Positions 27,270 to 40,224 of a DNA stretch of 57,526 nt are shown in pieces; position 1 is the stretch's first letter, and every line of letters starts with the position of its first letter. The translations under genes and the position numbers were made by a program. The DNA is from Pelomyxa schiedti (Eukaryota; Protista; Evosea). The notes under the pieces were generated by a model. The model ran no database searches. It saw nothing but the letters and a program-made list of their open reading frames with translations, and was not told the origin of the DNA. The stretch spans positions 1-57,526 of the forward strand of contig JAHLWZ010000893.1 of the NCBI GenBank assembly GCA_020536535.1, given 5' to 3'.

Positions 27270-29716
27270 TTACAAGAACAAGCCATTGTGGTTGACATAG
27301 CGTGGTCCTGAGGGAGTTCGTTCAATAAAAATGAGCTCGCCGGAAATGACTGGAGCAATTACTTGCGTGACCAAATCGCCCAGAGAGCCTCTTGTCAGTG
27401 CCATGTTCATTCCGCCAAACTGGAACAATTCCTGCTTGGTGGGCAGAAGGTACCACGTGGGTGCCGTGCGGACCAAGTGCGGCGTACTTGTGGGTGGGTT
27501 CATCTCGTACTGAGGCATTCCGAGGTGCTCAACCCACAACGCAGTCTCCCCAACTCTTTGGCATCCAACTCGCACGTGGATGATACTTCTCTGTGATATT
27601 CAAGTTAGTTCTTTGCGGGAAGTAGAGATAAACGGGGAATGCTCACTACGTTTCCTCGATAGATAGTGACTACATATAGAGGAGTGACAGAATCCGAGCA
27701 GCGTACCAAGAGTGCATTTTTGCAGTTGTATTGGGAAACAAGCCTCTCGCTTTCCTCTCGGGATCGGAATCCATGGAACCAGCTTCAAAGCCGTGGGAAA
27801 CAAAGTGAGTCAAATCAGAAGAGGAGTTGAAGGGAACTACTTGCATGTATTCCACATCTCCAATGAACCCTGCGAAAATAGGAAGGTCAACCAAAATGAC
27901 AATGAAACTTCATGAAGTCTTTTTACCTCGTCGAGGTGAAGCTCATCATAGCTAAACCAGTATGGGTATAGTTTTTGCCACTGGGAAATGTCCAGAGAGG
28001 TTGATGCACTGTCCCCCAGCACTATGTGGAGACACAGTAAGTGCTGCAGATACGATTCGATTATACTTGATAGGCATACCCAGGTCTTGAAGACTCCTGA
28101 TATCCACCTGGAAAGATCTGAAAAATTCACCTGCAAAACTTTTCCATGATACACTATTTGTGCTACCGAATGTGTACCACCACCTGTGGAGATCCCTAGG
28201 AATAGAGTTGGATTGCTGTTGCCGTTGGTCGACTTGCGAAACGGGACTACAGTTGATTGTGTCTGGAGTCGCGGGGTTGTTCATCTGCTGTTGTTGCTCG
28301 CTTTGCCTAATGAATCGCGGAATTTCTAGGAAAGTGGGATTCAGTATTGTTTAACGAGCGACCTCCACGGAAATGTGCAGTGTAGCGTGGTGGGTGGTCA
28401 TACCGTATACAACATTTGGTGTCCAGTATTGCTTGCGAGACGGTTCCCACAGATACAATAAAACCTTGTAGCTCCTATCGCTTACTGCTATATGAGCCAA
28501 TCGAATGGGTGGAGTCATCTCTTCTGAAGAAGGCTCTGGTTGTGATGAAAATGAGAATAGCTGTACGAATCACCTTCAACTCACCAATCTGAGAAATAGA
28601 CAAAAAGCCATCTGTGAGAGGAATGCACGGAAAGGAGGTAGCAGTTGGTTCGGTAACTTTCTGGAGTCTGTACCCAGACTGATATGGAGGTTTAAGTTGA
28701 AATGAAGTACACGGGGGAATGCCAGTCGGATTGTGCTCATCTTCCACGAAGAGCGGCTCGAGTTGCTGCTTGAGTTTCCGTTTCACCCACTGGCCAGATT
28801 GGTCTCCCAGAGAGCTTCTGCCGGGCTGTGCCTGTCTTTCTGAGTAACAATGATGTACCGTAGTGTATGGCGTAGTTGTTTGTGCACTTGGCAGTCCGTA
28901 AACGGGACCACTTTGTGCTGCAACTGTAGTTTTCGAATCCGTGCTATATATAGGTCCTTGCGGCACTCCGGTCTCCGTCCCACCGGTGGGTGAAGAAGTC
29001 GTTCGCGCTGGAATTGTTCGCAATTGGTCGGAATCTGCAGCGGCGACCGGGGTGCGCATGATTACGCCGGGAGTTGGGCTCTCGTTTTGGCCCATAATGT
29101 GCTTGCGGAAGGTGAACGTGCCCTTGGCGCTTGTGGCCATCGTGATTTTGTTCGTGAGTTCCAATCCATAGTCTCCGAGCCCAGATTCGGCCGCCGCCGC
29201 CTGTGGCGTGCTTGTGGTGCTTAGACTCGCGTCAGAGTCTTGAGCACCTTTGCTGCTTCCACTCTTTGCAGCCGATGGAACTTTTCCTGGCTGTGGTTGT
29301 TGCTGCTGTATTTGACATCCGGTTTTTTGGGTGACGTCTGCCCTTGTTCCATCAAAACCGCCGGCGGCCTTGCAATCGTCGTTTTGGTCGTCGTCGTCGG
29401 TGTCATCGGGGTAGGCGTCCTCGCCGCCGTAGTCGTCGTCTTCGTCTGCGTCTGCGCTCGTGGGCCTGGGGGTTTGCCCGACTTCATTGGGGAGGATGAA
29501 AGAGCCGCCGTAACCCCGAGGCGCCGAGACAGCGGCCCCCCTCCCAGTTGCGCCCCCTCCCATAATACCGACACGCCCCTCAGCAGTGCCTGGCGGCATC
29601 CCATTATTGGTAGCTTGCACCGCCACCACAAGCCGGGGTTGTTGGTGACCTGTCACGCCATTTGCAAGTGCAGGCGCCGTCGACAGGGCATGTCTCACAC
29701 CAGTGTTGTTGTTCAT
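27270..29716 (-). CDS. Hypothetical protein: low-complexity N-terminal half and globular C-terminal half (possible SH2-like segment)
   Basis: ATG at 29716 (MNNNTGVRHAL) starts a long open exon, followed by spliceable exons to the stop at 27270. The SH2 resemblance (YWF...GFIGD) is weak. Confidence 0.5.
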
Positions 29717-29828
29717 CGCTACCCTTTTTTTCCCTCGTCTTTTGTTCTCCAACTTGGGGGTCGTTATCAGAAAGAGTTTCCGATTCGTTACAAATTTGTC
29801 TCCCAAATTGCCTGGTGGGTGGTGTGGA

Positions 29829-32271
29829 TTAAGAATTACTAGGTGAGGTAGTAGAAGGTGCCACGGGCTCCCACATTTCAATATCTTCCACAATCCAGCT
29901 CTTGGATGTGCCAGCCAAGTAGCGCTCCTCGGCCTCACAAGGGGGAGGCTCGTAGCTTCCATCAGGCATGAGCGAGCAGCTTCCTGGCTCCTCGTGGCAG
30001 TCGCTGGTGATGTGCAGGTCGGGGCCGGTGCCGTAGCTTGGGCCGTGGTTCTGGTGGCTTCGGATGCACTGCCGGTGGGTGGGGTGCACGCAGCGGAGGG
30101 CCACGTTGGATGTGGTTCCGTTCCGAAGCAGCGAGAATAGGAAGGAGCGGCCGCCGCAGCCACCTATCCATGGTGGCCCGGCCCCTTCTGGTGTCCATGC
30201 AAGTGGGGTAAAGCCTCCAAATACATCTGGAAGAATTGATGGGTGGAGTGATGTGAGTGTCGGTATTCTGTATTGGTAAATTGCATTTTTATGGAGCTTA
30301 TGGGGTGTGGAGAAAGGGTAGGGCATACAATTCTTTGTGGTCTTGACAAAGAGGATGGTAGAGCCGTGGTTATCGCACAATCGATGGAAGGTTTTAGATT
30401 GGAATCCATCTGTTGTGCCTTGCCATAACAGTTTCCACTTATTTGCTGTAACTTGGCCAATGTCACGCACCCACTGGTTAACTTGCTGCATCTGGACAAG
30501 AGAGATAATTTTGCTTCCAGAAAAGAGATTATCCTGGATTGTGTAAAGAATTGTGCAGGGAAAACTGAACCTACAATATCACTTATACCTTTTGGTAAAA
30601 AAAATGCTCAGAGAAAAACGGAGAAAAAAGGAATTTTACTGTTGTCACTGCCAATGATATTATCTCCTGTATCGATATCTGTACAAGTTAACAGTAACTA
30701 TAGATGTATGTAAAAACATGGTATTAGTAAATGTGACTGCAAGGCCATGGGAAGCTGGCGCAAATGCACCACTGGTACTCCACACAGGAGAGTCCTATCA
30801 CTAACTACAAACTGTGTCCCTGCTTCTAAGATAATCTCCTCTTCACAAGGGAAAAATGATAACTTTCCAACTCTCCATCCACATAATGTTTCAATGAAGA
30901 ATAGTGTGCACTCGGCTGGGTCCTACTTTTTGTAAGCCCTAAACATATTTGTAAATACGGTAGCTATCACCTTCATAAAGGACTGAGCACTTGCAAGACT
31001 TGTGGTAGTGCTAGAAAAGGAGTGCCAAACAACGGTCTTCCCCTTTGCATAGCCATCCAAGTCCACACGGGAATGAATCCCCCTGTAGACAACACCCTTG
31101 TAGCGTGCAGTTTTCCTCAGACCATTAATAAGGTGCCATAAAAATGTTCTCCAAGCGAATAGAGATTCGCGACGCCAGTGTAACTCACGGTTGAGTCGGA
31201 AGAAGATATTTTCTCTGGATAGAACAGGATCAAAAAAATCTTTAAGACAGTAAATCAACTCATTGTAAGCGGAGTATTCAAACCGTATGTGTACAAAATG
31301 ATAGCCAACGCTTCATCTTTTGTCATTGTAGTAGGGAATACCGACTTAGGGAGAGACTCCAACAGTAAAGTGCATTCTTCCAATACAAGTGCCCCCTTGT
31401 GAATGTTGCATTCGGATAAGCAAGCAACAACAGGGGGAGGCTTCTCACAAGAACACCAATAGAATTCAATGAGATTTAAACTTGTGAATTAAGAATAAAT
31501 GAGCACAAACAGTGAAATCTGGAGTGAACATCGACACTCTCGGCATTGGCATAGTATTATTCACATCATTTTCTCCCATTCTCAGCGCAGATTGACTCTC
31601 CCGTGAATCGCCACTGCCTGTAGCTGAAGTTGATGTGGTCGCACTTGCAGCTGTGCTCGATGATGCTGATGTAGGAGCAACTGTAAGAGGGGGGTGAGTT
31701 TCTGTAGTAGAAGCTCCACTTTGATTTTCCTCATCACGTTGTGTCATAGAAGGAAAAATAACTTGTGGTGCTACTGTAGGTAGTTGTGTCACGGTACCGT
31801 TTGAATCCCTGGGAGTTATACTCGGGAAAACAACAGCCGTGGGTGTTGTTAGTGCGGAAGCTGGTGGAGGAATTAGTGATGGTTCTTGTTGTGTGGGTAC
31901 ATTTGACTTTTCATGTGTGGGTGATGGAGAAGTGACTGCACGTGTTACTGTTGGCATTGTGGAATTTGTTTGTTGTTGGGGTTGGGATGGTTGTTGTTGT
32001 GTTGAGGGTTGTGGCTTAGGGAACAGCCTATTTCTAAGCCTCATCTTTTCTGTAGTCTTTATACTTGGCCATATTTCCCCAACAAGTGAGTTAAACTCCT
32101 GTCACATAAAGTGTATACTGAGAAAGAGGAGGTGTTTTTTGCAAAAAAAAAAAAAAAAAACGAAAAAAGGTAATATCTAAATACATCTAGGCTGGTAACG
32201 TCAGCTGGAGACAGGTCATTCTCAGCCAACAAACGACAAAACGTCTCCCACTCAGCTGATGTACTGGCCAT
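29829..32271 (-). CDS. ARTC-type (R-S-E) ADP-ribosyltransferase fused to a C-terminal TLDc domain
   Basis: ART: ALAIILYTY, FFRLNREL, VVYRG, WHSFSSTT, FPCEEEIIL. TLDc: GSKIIS...WKLLWQGTTDGF...FHRLCDNHGST...VFGGFT...SFLFSL...GPSYG...VEDIEMW. The two are joined in frame through three short introns. Confidence 0.82.
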
Positions 32272-32444
32272 TTATTTTTTTTTTGGTGTTTGAACGGCCG
32301 GCTGTGGTTTCCAGGAAGCAGTATTCATATCAAATTGTTCTGTCTTTTCACAAACAAAAAGGTGGTGGTTTTTTTTGTACAGGATACAGGGTGTTGCCAT
32401 GTAGTATTTTGTTTGGTACAAAAGGGGAGTAAAATTACTCTTTA

Positions 32445-35163
32445 TTAGTGGAGGTGGCTTGGTGCATCGTGGTACATCACTTGTATGGTATATCTGTAAG
32501 TACCAAATTAGTTGCTGTGGAGTAGTGCTGTGTTGTTGTGGGAAGGGAGGAATTTACGCTGCAGAGAGTAGTTCTTCAATGGCTGTGTCTGCCCAATTCT
32601 CTGTGGGTAGGTGTTGCAAAAATGTCATCGCATCATGGAAATCTTTCACCCTTTTTGGTTAGGAGTAAGTGGGCTACGTTAGCCTAGAGTTGTTTGAGGT
32701 AGTCAGGGCACACATGAGCTGATCAGACCAACACAGTAGAAGGGCAGTGCACATGTATGTGTGAAGAACTGCAAATCCCTGACAACTAAGGTGGACACTG
32801 AGAATGGTAGAGTAGAGGGTTAACTCAGGCACACTTTTCCTCAGACATATAAGAATCCCACATTCGCAGCACAAGGGCGAGCGGAAACTCCCGCAATAGC
32901 AAGCAGTTAAACCATCTAAAAGTTCGTTAGTAAGGAAAAAATGGAAATGACAGGAAAAAAACCTGAAGGAAAATTGAATGTACATCATCTTTTCCTCCTC
33001 GAAGTGTTTTGCAAGGGCACCTAGTTCCATTAGGAAGGGAAGACGTAAAAATGAAACAACCATCAAGTTTTGTGGTGAGTTCTTCCATTTCTTGTACTGC
33101 TTTTTGTATTCCTGGCTGAGCAAAGATGTAATTTGCCTAGAAAGAGTTGGCTACGTGGGAATTTTGTAAACGAACCTGGATTCCATCCAGAAGTTTTGAA
33201 AAGCACCAATAACAGTCAGCTTCTACATCAGACCAGTTGTCCTCTGTAAGGTGTGATATTTCGATATTTTCAAGATGGTTGAAATCCAGAATTTCTATTG
33301 ACTCGTGAACCAAATAAAAATATCTTGGAGCAGTACTAGTGTACTCTGAAAGGATAACAAGGAAAATTGCTATCACGAGGTCATTGTGCCCTTGCACATA
33401 CCCACTAGCAGAGTGCCTCAATGCCCATATATACAAAATTCGTTCTAAAGTCTTCATTGTCTTACAAAGAGAAGAGAAATATAAGTCAGTACATGCTCTA
33501 CAGTGGGATCCCTAAAAATAGCGGTTCCTGGGCACGTTCGAGGTAAGTCCATTCTGATCTTCAAGTTGCTGAATAAGAATTTCTTCTCATGAACAAGAAC
33601 ATGTAAATAACCTGGTGCAAAATGCTTTCCTCCGCATTTGACCGATCTGTTTGATAGTAATTAGCACGAACCGCATCATGATATTCCAGTCTTTTATTTC
33701 TTAATTTTTCCTCCCGCCACTCTTTGTTGGCAGGTAGGTAACCCTGTTGAATAATTAGGTAGGCCAAGTGAAGTACGTGACGCTATACCAACAACAGTTT
33801 CCAAACTACTGGTCTTAACTCAGGGAAAATTCCACTCCAACTGAGTTTTCTTAAAGCCACTAGGGAGTGTCAAGCAGAGATATAAATGTGTGAGACCTAC
33901 CCATGTTAACCACTGGTTCTGCTAGTAATGCTTCGAACTTGTTTCTCTTTTTTGCAATAATATCTGGACTGGAGACAGGGCGTAACGTTGCGAGATGTGC
34001 AGATGAAAGGTGAAATGGAGTTGTATCCTCTTTTCTGTTAGTAACAAATATGAGTTGAGATTAGATTGGAAAAGATACCTTATTGGAACTGACTTGCTGG
34101 CCTGTGGTCTTGGTTTTCTCCAAATCTCGAATGAAGATGAACTTGAGGCCGTGGACAAAGTAGGAGAAGGGGAAGCCACAACGTGCGAACGTGGTATACT
34201 CTCTCTATCTTCCCTATCACTAGTGCTGCTGCGGTTTCCACCAGTGTAACTACTACCGCCGGCACTGCCAATAGGAGGTGAGGTTGCATGGAGTAGCATG
34301 GGAGAACCAGAGTGCAAACGCTTCACGCCATTGCTGTTGCAGCTGCAGCTGCTTCCATCGCCACTTCCTCCGCTCCCACTAGCACTGCCACTAATGCTAC
34401 CGATTCCAACAGTAGAATTCTGCGACGCCTGCAGGTTTAAAGAGCCGCCGCCGCCACCACCATGAGCTTGCACAGAGTGAGAACCAGTAGCAGAAACAGC
34501 AGAATTTAGAGTTTCAGTGGGAAGCCCCCCAGGCTTACTGAGTGTGGATGGTGTTGGCAGCACAGTCTGCGACGAAGCGGGGGTCACCACCGTGACAGGC
34601 GCGAGAGAGCGCCTCAAAGCGGTCATCGCGCTCGCCAGTGAGAACGAACCAGAAGGCCCAGGCGTCGGCGTCGAAGAGTGCCTCTGGTGCCGTTCCGGAT
34701 TCGTACAGACAGTGTTCGCGGTGTACGAACCCCCGACGCACACCCCGGGGTTGGCAGGCACGTAAGCCGACGACGCCGACGCCGACGCCGACGGCTGCTG
34801 CTGCTGCTGTTTGTTATTATTCTCGTGCGAAGAGAAACTAAACGTCGGCGGTGAAGGCGCTGCCGCTGCTGTTGCGGCGGTGGTGGAGAGGGCAGACGTG
34901 ACGACGATGATCGGGGTGGTGGGAGAGACCGCGGAGGCGGCTGTGGCGCACGGCGTCGGCGCGGGCGTAGGACGTACCACGGCATCGGCGGACGACGACG
35001 AGGACGAGGACGTGGAAGTGGAGCAGGACGAGCACGACGTGGTGGAGGACGCGGCCGGGCTCGTGTCCGCCGGCATTGACGACGACGCGGCGGCGGCCGC
35101 TCCGAGGGCGCAAGGGGGCGTGGCCGCCGTCGCACACAGGGCGGGCGCTGCTTCGCGGCTCAT
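32445..35163 (-). CDS. TBC-domain Rab GTPase-activating protein, TBC1D22/Gyp1 family
   Basis: LRKLSWSGI...RPVVWKLLL|GYLP, IRMDLPRT (arginine finger), ERILYIWALRHSASGYVQG (Q finger), EADCYWCFSKLLDGIQ, QFSFRWFNCLLLRE and a C-terminal DAPSH. Long S/T/A-rich N-terminus. Confidence 0.92.
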
Positions 35164-35270
35164 TCGTTCGTGGCGTGCGGGCCAAAGGGAAAATGATGGA
35201 AATCTAGAACATTCAGATGGAATTTACGGGAACATCATAGGTGTTTTTTTTTTCCTACTGCTTGCTGCTG

Positions 35271-36395
35271 TCACTCATCGTAGCCGGGGGTTGCCACCAG
35301 GTCCTCACACTTGGCAAATTTGACAACTTCATCCAGCAGGGCACATCTATGCTCTCTTGATGCAGCCGGTGAATCAACCAGCCGGCAAAAGTGGTCGATC
35401 CTGTTATTGTGCACCAGGTCATTTGTCCTGCCTTTGACTCCATCATACACTTCCCACCCTGTCCCATGTCCAGGATTACTCACAGAAGCCAGGTGCATCC
35501 ACGGCATGCAATCCTGGCCCAGCTCCTTTCCTTGAGTTGGAACACAAGGGAATGACGTGGAGCTCCACCCTGGTGGTTTGGGGGGACATTTCTCGCAACA
35601 TAGCGTGCAGTACCACAGCGTAGCACATACTGCCCTGTACATTTCGACCTGAGAGTCAACAGGACAAAGGCGGTCCTCACTCAGTGTGCCACAGCAGTAG
35701 ACAAAGGTCCTCTCAGTGCAGTTACTTCCGGCAGAGTAGAACCACATGGCCCCGCATTGCTTGTGTACTTGTGTATTATCCTCCCCGGGCACAAAGTCTT
35801 CATCATTCCAGATCAGCATCGCTCCTCTTTGGAAGCCGCATGGGCGCTGGCCGTTGCCGGCGCCCCTCCGACGTGGCATCGTCTTCACGACAGATACCTG
35901 AAAGCACCGCCTCCAGTGCTTGTCATCAACGACCTTGTTGACAAAATCCTGCACTGCCTTCAGTTCGGTGAGGTCTCTGGTGTATCCCATCACAGCGAGC
36001 CTGGGATCAGAGTCGCAGCAGGACCCCACGAGCATGTTGTTTTCTCTGATCGCGGCCCTCGCCCTCATCAGGGCGCTCAGGCGTTCACATGCACCGAGGC
36101 ACGTCTTGGAGCACAGTGCGAAGCTGAAAAATGAGCCCATATTGTGGGATGGTGTAGGGTTGCCTTTGTTTCTATTTCGGCCAATCGTCGTGTCTACAAG
36201 TTCGACGAAGTCGGCGCTTGTGTGGACACGTACAGAGGGCGGGTCACCTGGGAATGGAGGGAGCAGGAGCCATCCCACAATTGCGTCCATGAGGGCCGGT
36301 GGCATCACTTGGTCAATCCCACTACATGCCGATTGTGGCAGCTGTTGATCTGGCGCAGTGGCTGGTGTGCCGTTAGCAAAGCGATACCGCTTCAT
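35271..36395 (-). CDS. Intronless orphan protein, Cys-rich, with a possible F-box-like N-terminal segment
   Basis: An open frame of about 375 codons from ATG 36395. MPPALMDAIVGWLLLP is F-box-like. No recognised catalytic domain. Confidence 0.55.
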   Translation of the reverse strand: MKRYRFANGTPATAPDQQLPQSACSGIDQVMPPALMDAIVGWLLLPPFPGDPPSVRVHTSADFVELVDTTIGRNRNKGNPTPSHNMGSFFSFALCSKTCLGACERLSALMRARAAIRENNMLVGSCCDSDPRLAVMGYTRDLTELKAVQDFVNKVVDDKHWRRCFQVSVVKTMPRRRGAGNGQRPCGFQRGAMLIWNDEDFVPGEDNTQVHKQCGAMWFYSAGSNCTERTFVYCCGTLSEDRLCPVDSQVEMYRAVCATLWYCTLCCEKCPPKPPGWSSTSFPCVPTQGKELGQDCMPWMHLASVSNPGHGTGWEVYDGVKGRTNDLVHNNRIDHFCRLVDSPAASREHRCALLDEVVKFAKCEDLVATPGYDE

Positions 36396-36489
36396 AAGGC
36401 CCTGCACTTCTGTGTTACGGACAAGAAAAAACGGACAACCCGTCGTGATCAAAACCAACTTTTTCTCAGTCTTTCCTCAGAGACGTGGT

Positions 36490-37643
36490 GAGTGAATACC
36501 AAATGGCCGGGATTGTGGTGTCTCGCATGTTTGAGTGGCCTGGTGAAACTAGAAAAAGAAAGAACCCAGAACTTTTCCAGAAAAACCCTGTGTGAGTCCC
36601 AGAATTGTTTTGTCAAGAGGTCTAGGAGTCGGCACAGCCCTTTTTTGGAATTGCTCGTGAAAACACATCCATTGGGTAGCCATCATAGTCTAAGTACAAG
36701 AAAAACCGTCGCTGCTTGTCAAGGTAGTTGGCTCTCCAAAACTGTTCAGTGCTCAAGCAAGAATGCAGTGAAGGGTCAGGCTTTTTATTTGGGAAGAACT
36801 GTAGTACTTGGGCCTTTATCCATCCAGGTAACTAAATTACATCATTCATATCAACACCGGTGTTAGAACTGCAACCTGTGCCCAAGGATTTACGCAGCAG
36901 AGAACGAGTTGGACGAGTCTCCTCTGCGTTTGACCACAGTCACAAATCCCACAGTACTCCAGGTCTAAAATGCAAGTTCTTATTCTTGTCGGTGACTCCA
37001 TTGTCAGCCAAACGCCACGGCAGAAAAATGGGAAGCACTCGCAATTCTGGGAATACATTAGCTAGTTGCGTTGTTTTGTTTGTTCAGTTATGGAAAAAAC
37101 CCGCCAACGCTATATTCCGGACGTACTTCCCACTACAAATAGACAGCAATATCACTCGCATTGCATACATGATACATATAATCTTCATCGCAGTGCAGCA
37201 GAGAGACCCAGTCGTCCTCGTAGTGATCGCCAACATCACAACAGCTTGTCCTCCTTCCCTCCACTCCTTCAGGCCCGAACAACTGAAGCAACAACTTCTC
37301 AGCTCCCACACGATCCCCTCTATCCAGCATCATTCTTATGTCTGAAAAAGTGACTGTTGGTTTTACTGCTGCAGCATCAACATGGGAACTAAGGTCCAAG
37401 TTGCCAGTGGAAAAGCCACAACCACCGCTGTTATCACCATCGCAAGTTATGGGAAAAACCACATCGGCGTAACCAGTCGGCCTCATTGCCCTCAGGTGGA
37501 ATACAAGGTCGGCCTCACACTTTTCTCTCCCATGAGCACATTCGCGCCAGTCACTGCAGGAGCAACCACGAGCCTCGCTTGTGCAACAAGCCACCACAGT
37601 CGACACGAGCCCCGTAATTGTGGGACGTATGCGCCTCCCCATC
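36490..37643 (-). pseudogene. Probable decayed gene (ORF 37133-37643 followed by stop-interrupted coding-like sequence)
   Basis: MGRRIRPT...DIAVYL* is followed by protein-like fragments broken by several stops, with no obvious introns that would remove them. Confidence 0.3.
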
Positions 37644-37687
37644 GACAGATTCACCAAGCTGCCGGGTAACACACCACCAAGTGTGTC

Positions 37688-38935
37688 ATGAGCCGTTTCG
37701 GGCCACACACGTTCGAATCGCCTGAGGAAGAAAGCCGTGCGTGGGGCACCTTTGTGATGAATGAAAAGAAATCAGAAAAGAGACGAAAAGTTTTGAGAGT
37801 GATGAAGGCACACACGGTAGAGAACTCACTTTTGCACGGGGTGTTGCCTCCACGAGACACAACGGAATGGGGAGACATACATAGAAGACTGGGCAACTTC
37901 GCTCCTTTGCCAGAGGAGCCTGTGCCAATCCTCATCACGTGCGTTTTTGTCATTCTGTCTGTGTAAAATGGCCGATTTGCGCAGCACACCGTGCCTCCAT
38001 TCTTAGTGCTTTTTCGAAAATGGAGTTATTACTTCTATCTTTATTGAAAACATTTTCTAGGCCAGCAAAGACAGACGAGGAGAGGGACCATGAAAAATTG
38101 GAAGCGGCTTCTTTGGGCGAGCTGGATGAATTGGAAGATGATTTTGATGACACGATTTTGAACGCCTACCGGTAAAAGCTGCTTTATGGGGACATTTGCA
38201 TATGTTGTTAGTGTTATTCTAGTAGAACTAACGTTACAGAAATTCTATCATATTTTAATGTTTTTTTTTCCATTCTCAGGCAAAAGCGCATGGCTGAAAT
38301 GATGCAGGAAGCTGAACGCAATAAGTACGGCTATGTTAAGGAAATAACTGCTCCAGACTGGGTGTCTGAGGTCACCGACGCAAGCCGCACGGAATACGTG
38401 ATAGTGCATCTCTTCAAACCCTCGTTAGTACTCTAGTATCACCTTTTCTCCCCTGTTTGACATATCTGTACTTCCCACAAAGAATTCCACATTGTGTTCT
38501 GTTAGAGAAACGGCTTGGTGAATTGGCCACCAAATTCAAGTATATGTCTCTACTCATGCTGGACAAACATCAATCTCATCGTAAATAGAGCAACGAAATT
38601 TGTGAGATGCCTGTCACACCACGCCATTCCAAACTACCCTGACAGAAATCTACCCACACTGTTGATTTATAAAGACAGTGACCCTGTGGATCAAATCATC
38701 ACCCTTTCCTCACTAGGTGGTGATTCCATAACAGCTAAAGGTAACAAAACACCCACCAAAACCAAAAATCCAATCCAAAATAGATTTGGAATGGCGGCTG
38801 AGCCAAAGCGGAGCCATTGAAACTACCATGAAGAAGAATCCCAGAACACCACAAATACACGGCCTACACACAACCACAAGATCATCGCATCACAGTGATG
38901 ACTCGGACAGTAGCAATAGTGACAGCGACGATTAA
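37688..38935 (+). CDS. Phosducin-like protein, PhLP2/PDCL3 subfamily
   Basis: DTTEWGDIHRRLG, ELDELEDD...YR|QKRMAEM, WVSEVTDAS...VIVHLF, TKFV...IPNYPDRNLPTLLIY, DLEWRL and an acidic DSDD tail. Confidence 0.92.
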
Positions 38936-39163
38936 CACTGAAGGAATTTGGTGTATTTGTTCAAAGATAACAAGTAAACACTTTTGAAAAAAAAACAAGG
39001 TTTTTTTTGTTTATTTGTCAAGTCTCACAAACGCAAGTTCTGAGATTATTCTTGTTGTTGTTGGTTTTTGCAGTTTTGGTCAGGAAGGTTTTAGTTTCCT
39101 CACCAGTGTGTGGCTAGTAATACTGTGTAGGTAGGATACAGTGGCACATTCACGGCACCACGA

Positions 39164-40224
39164 TCAACAAGCAGTGGCAGCGGAAGGACGCGATGTTGGT
39201 GGAACTGGTGGCACAGCGTCCCAGTTGTCACGCACAAACCTCCTCGAGCCATCAAAGTGCCTGTTGGGGCAGGATTCCCACTTGGTGGCCGGCGTACCTT
39301 GGGCAGTCTCCTTGACCACCACGTACTTGTACTCGAAGTTGGTACCCCAGAGAGGCACTTCTATCTTCCACCACCCGCCTCCAACCCACTTCATCTTGGT
39401 GGCACTTGACCACTTCCACTTCCCAAGAGCCTCGCAGGAGCCAACAAGGTGTAGGTTCTCACCCCATGCGGTGTCAAAGTGCACGCTGAACGAGACACCG
39501 CTCAGCCTCCTGCCATATTCAGCCAATTGAGTGGTAAAGCCATCGTTGGGGGCAGCAATGGGCCTTGCGTCGCGTACAAACTGAAGCGCGGCAGACAGAG
39601 ACAGGTTGAGCTTGTACATCAAATAAGCTGTAACAATAGTGGAGCTGCGGCTCATGCCCCAGACGCAGTGAACCAATACAGACTGCCCTCTGTTGCGAAT
39701 TTTGTCGATAAAGGAGATGGCCCTGGGGAAGTGCTGGGAAATGTTCGAGGTTCTCTCGTCAGAAACCCTGTAAGTAGTGGTTACAAATTGTAAGAGGAAA
39801 GGTGGATGGTGCATACTGAATAGTTTCGAGCTCGATACTGGGCGAGAAGCGAGACTTGTGGGCAGACATATCGGGTATGATTGTTACAGACAACACACCC
39901 TTGATTTTGTACTTTTCCAAAGTCTAATACCAAAGAGTCAGGTTACGAAGAAAAAACAAGAGTTAAGCAAACCTCGGGAGAATAGGCGTTTCGTTGGTCA
40001 CCCAGGTACAACCCAGGAATAATGAAATCGGGCTCTACGCGCCTCCTCGGCGTCAGAGTGTTGGATTTCCTGTCAAAATCGAAGTGCAGCAATAACTCGC
40101 TCCACTGCATCGGAACTAGCGACGCAGTAGCGGCGGCGGCCTCGGTCTCCAAACCGTCTTTTCCTCCTTCCCACTCTGCTAGCGGCAACTCGTAGTCGAT
40201 GTGTGGTGCTGTTATGACCGACAT
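39164..40224 (-). CDS. Dual-specificity phosphatase with a C-terminal CBM20 starch/glycogen-binding domain
   Basis: DSP: IIPGLYLG, ISQHFPRAISFID, VLVHCVWGMSRSSTIVTAYLM, RPIAAPNDGF. CBM20: VSFSVHFDTAWGENLHLVGSCEALGKW...MKW...WKIEV...FEYKYVV...KWESCPNR. Confidence 0.9.

Noticed and set aside
28475-30163. 562-aa ORF as a single gene overlapping TLDc
   Set aside because: Its first ~150 codons are an alternative frame of the TLDc exon plus intergenic sequence. The plausible start is ATG 29716.
34517-35323. Multiple long overlapping ORFs in GC-rich sequence (also at 5421-5936 and 56195-57057)
   Set aside because: GC-rich, low-complexity first exons are depleted of stop codons in all frames. Only one frame links to a conserved domain or a long ORF.
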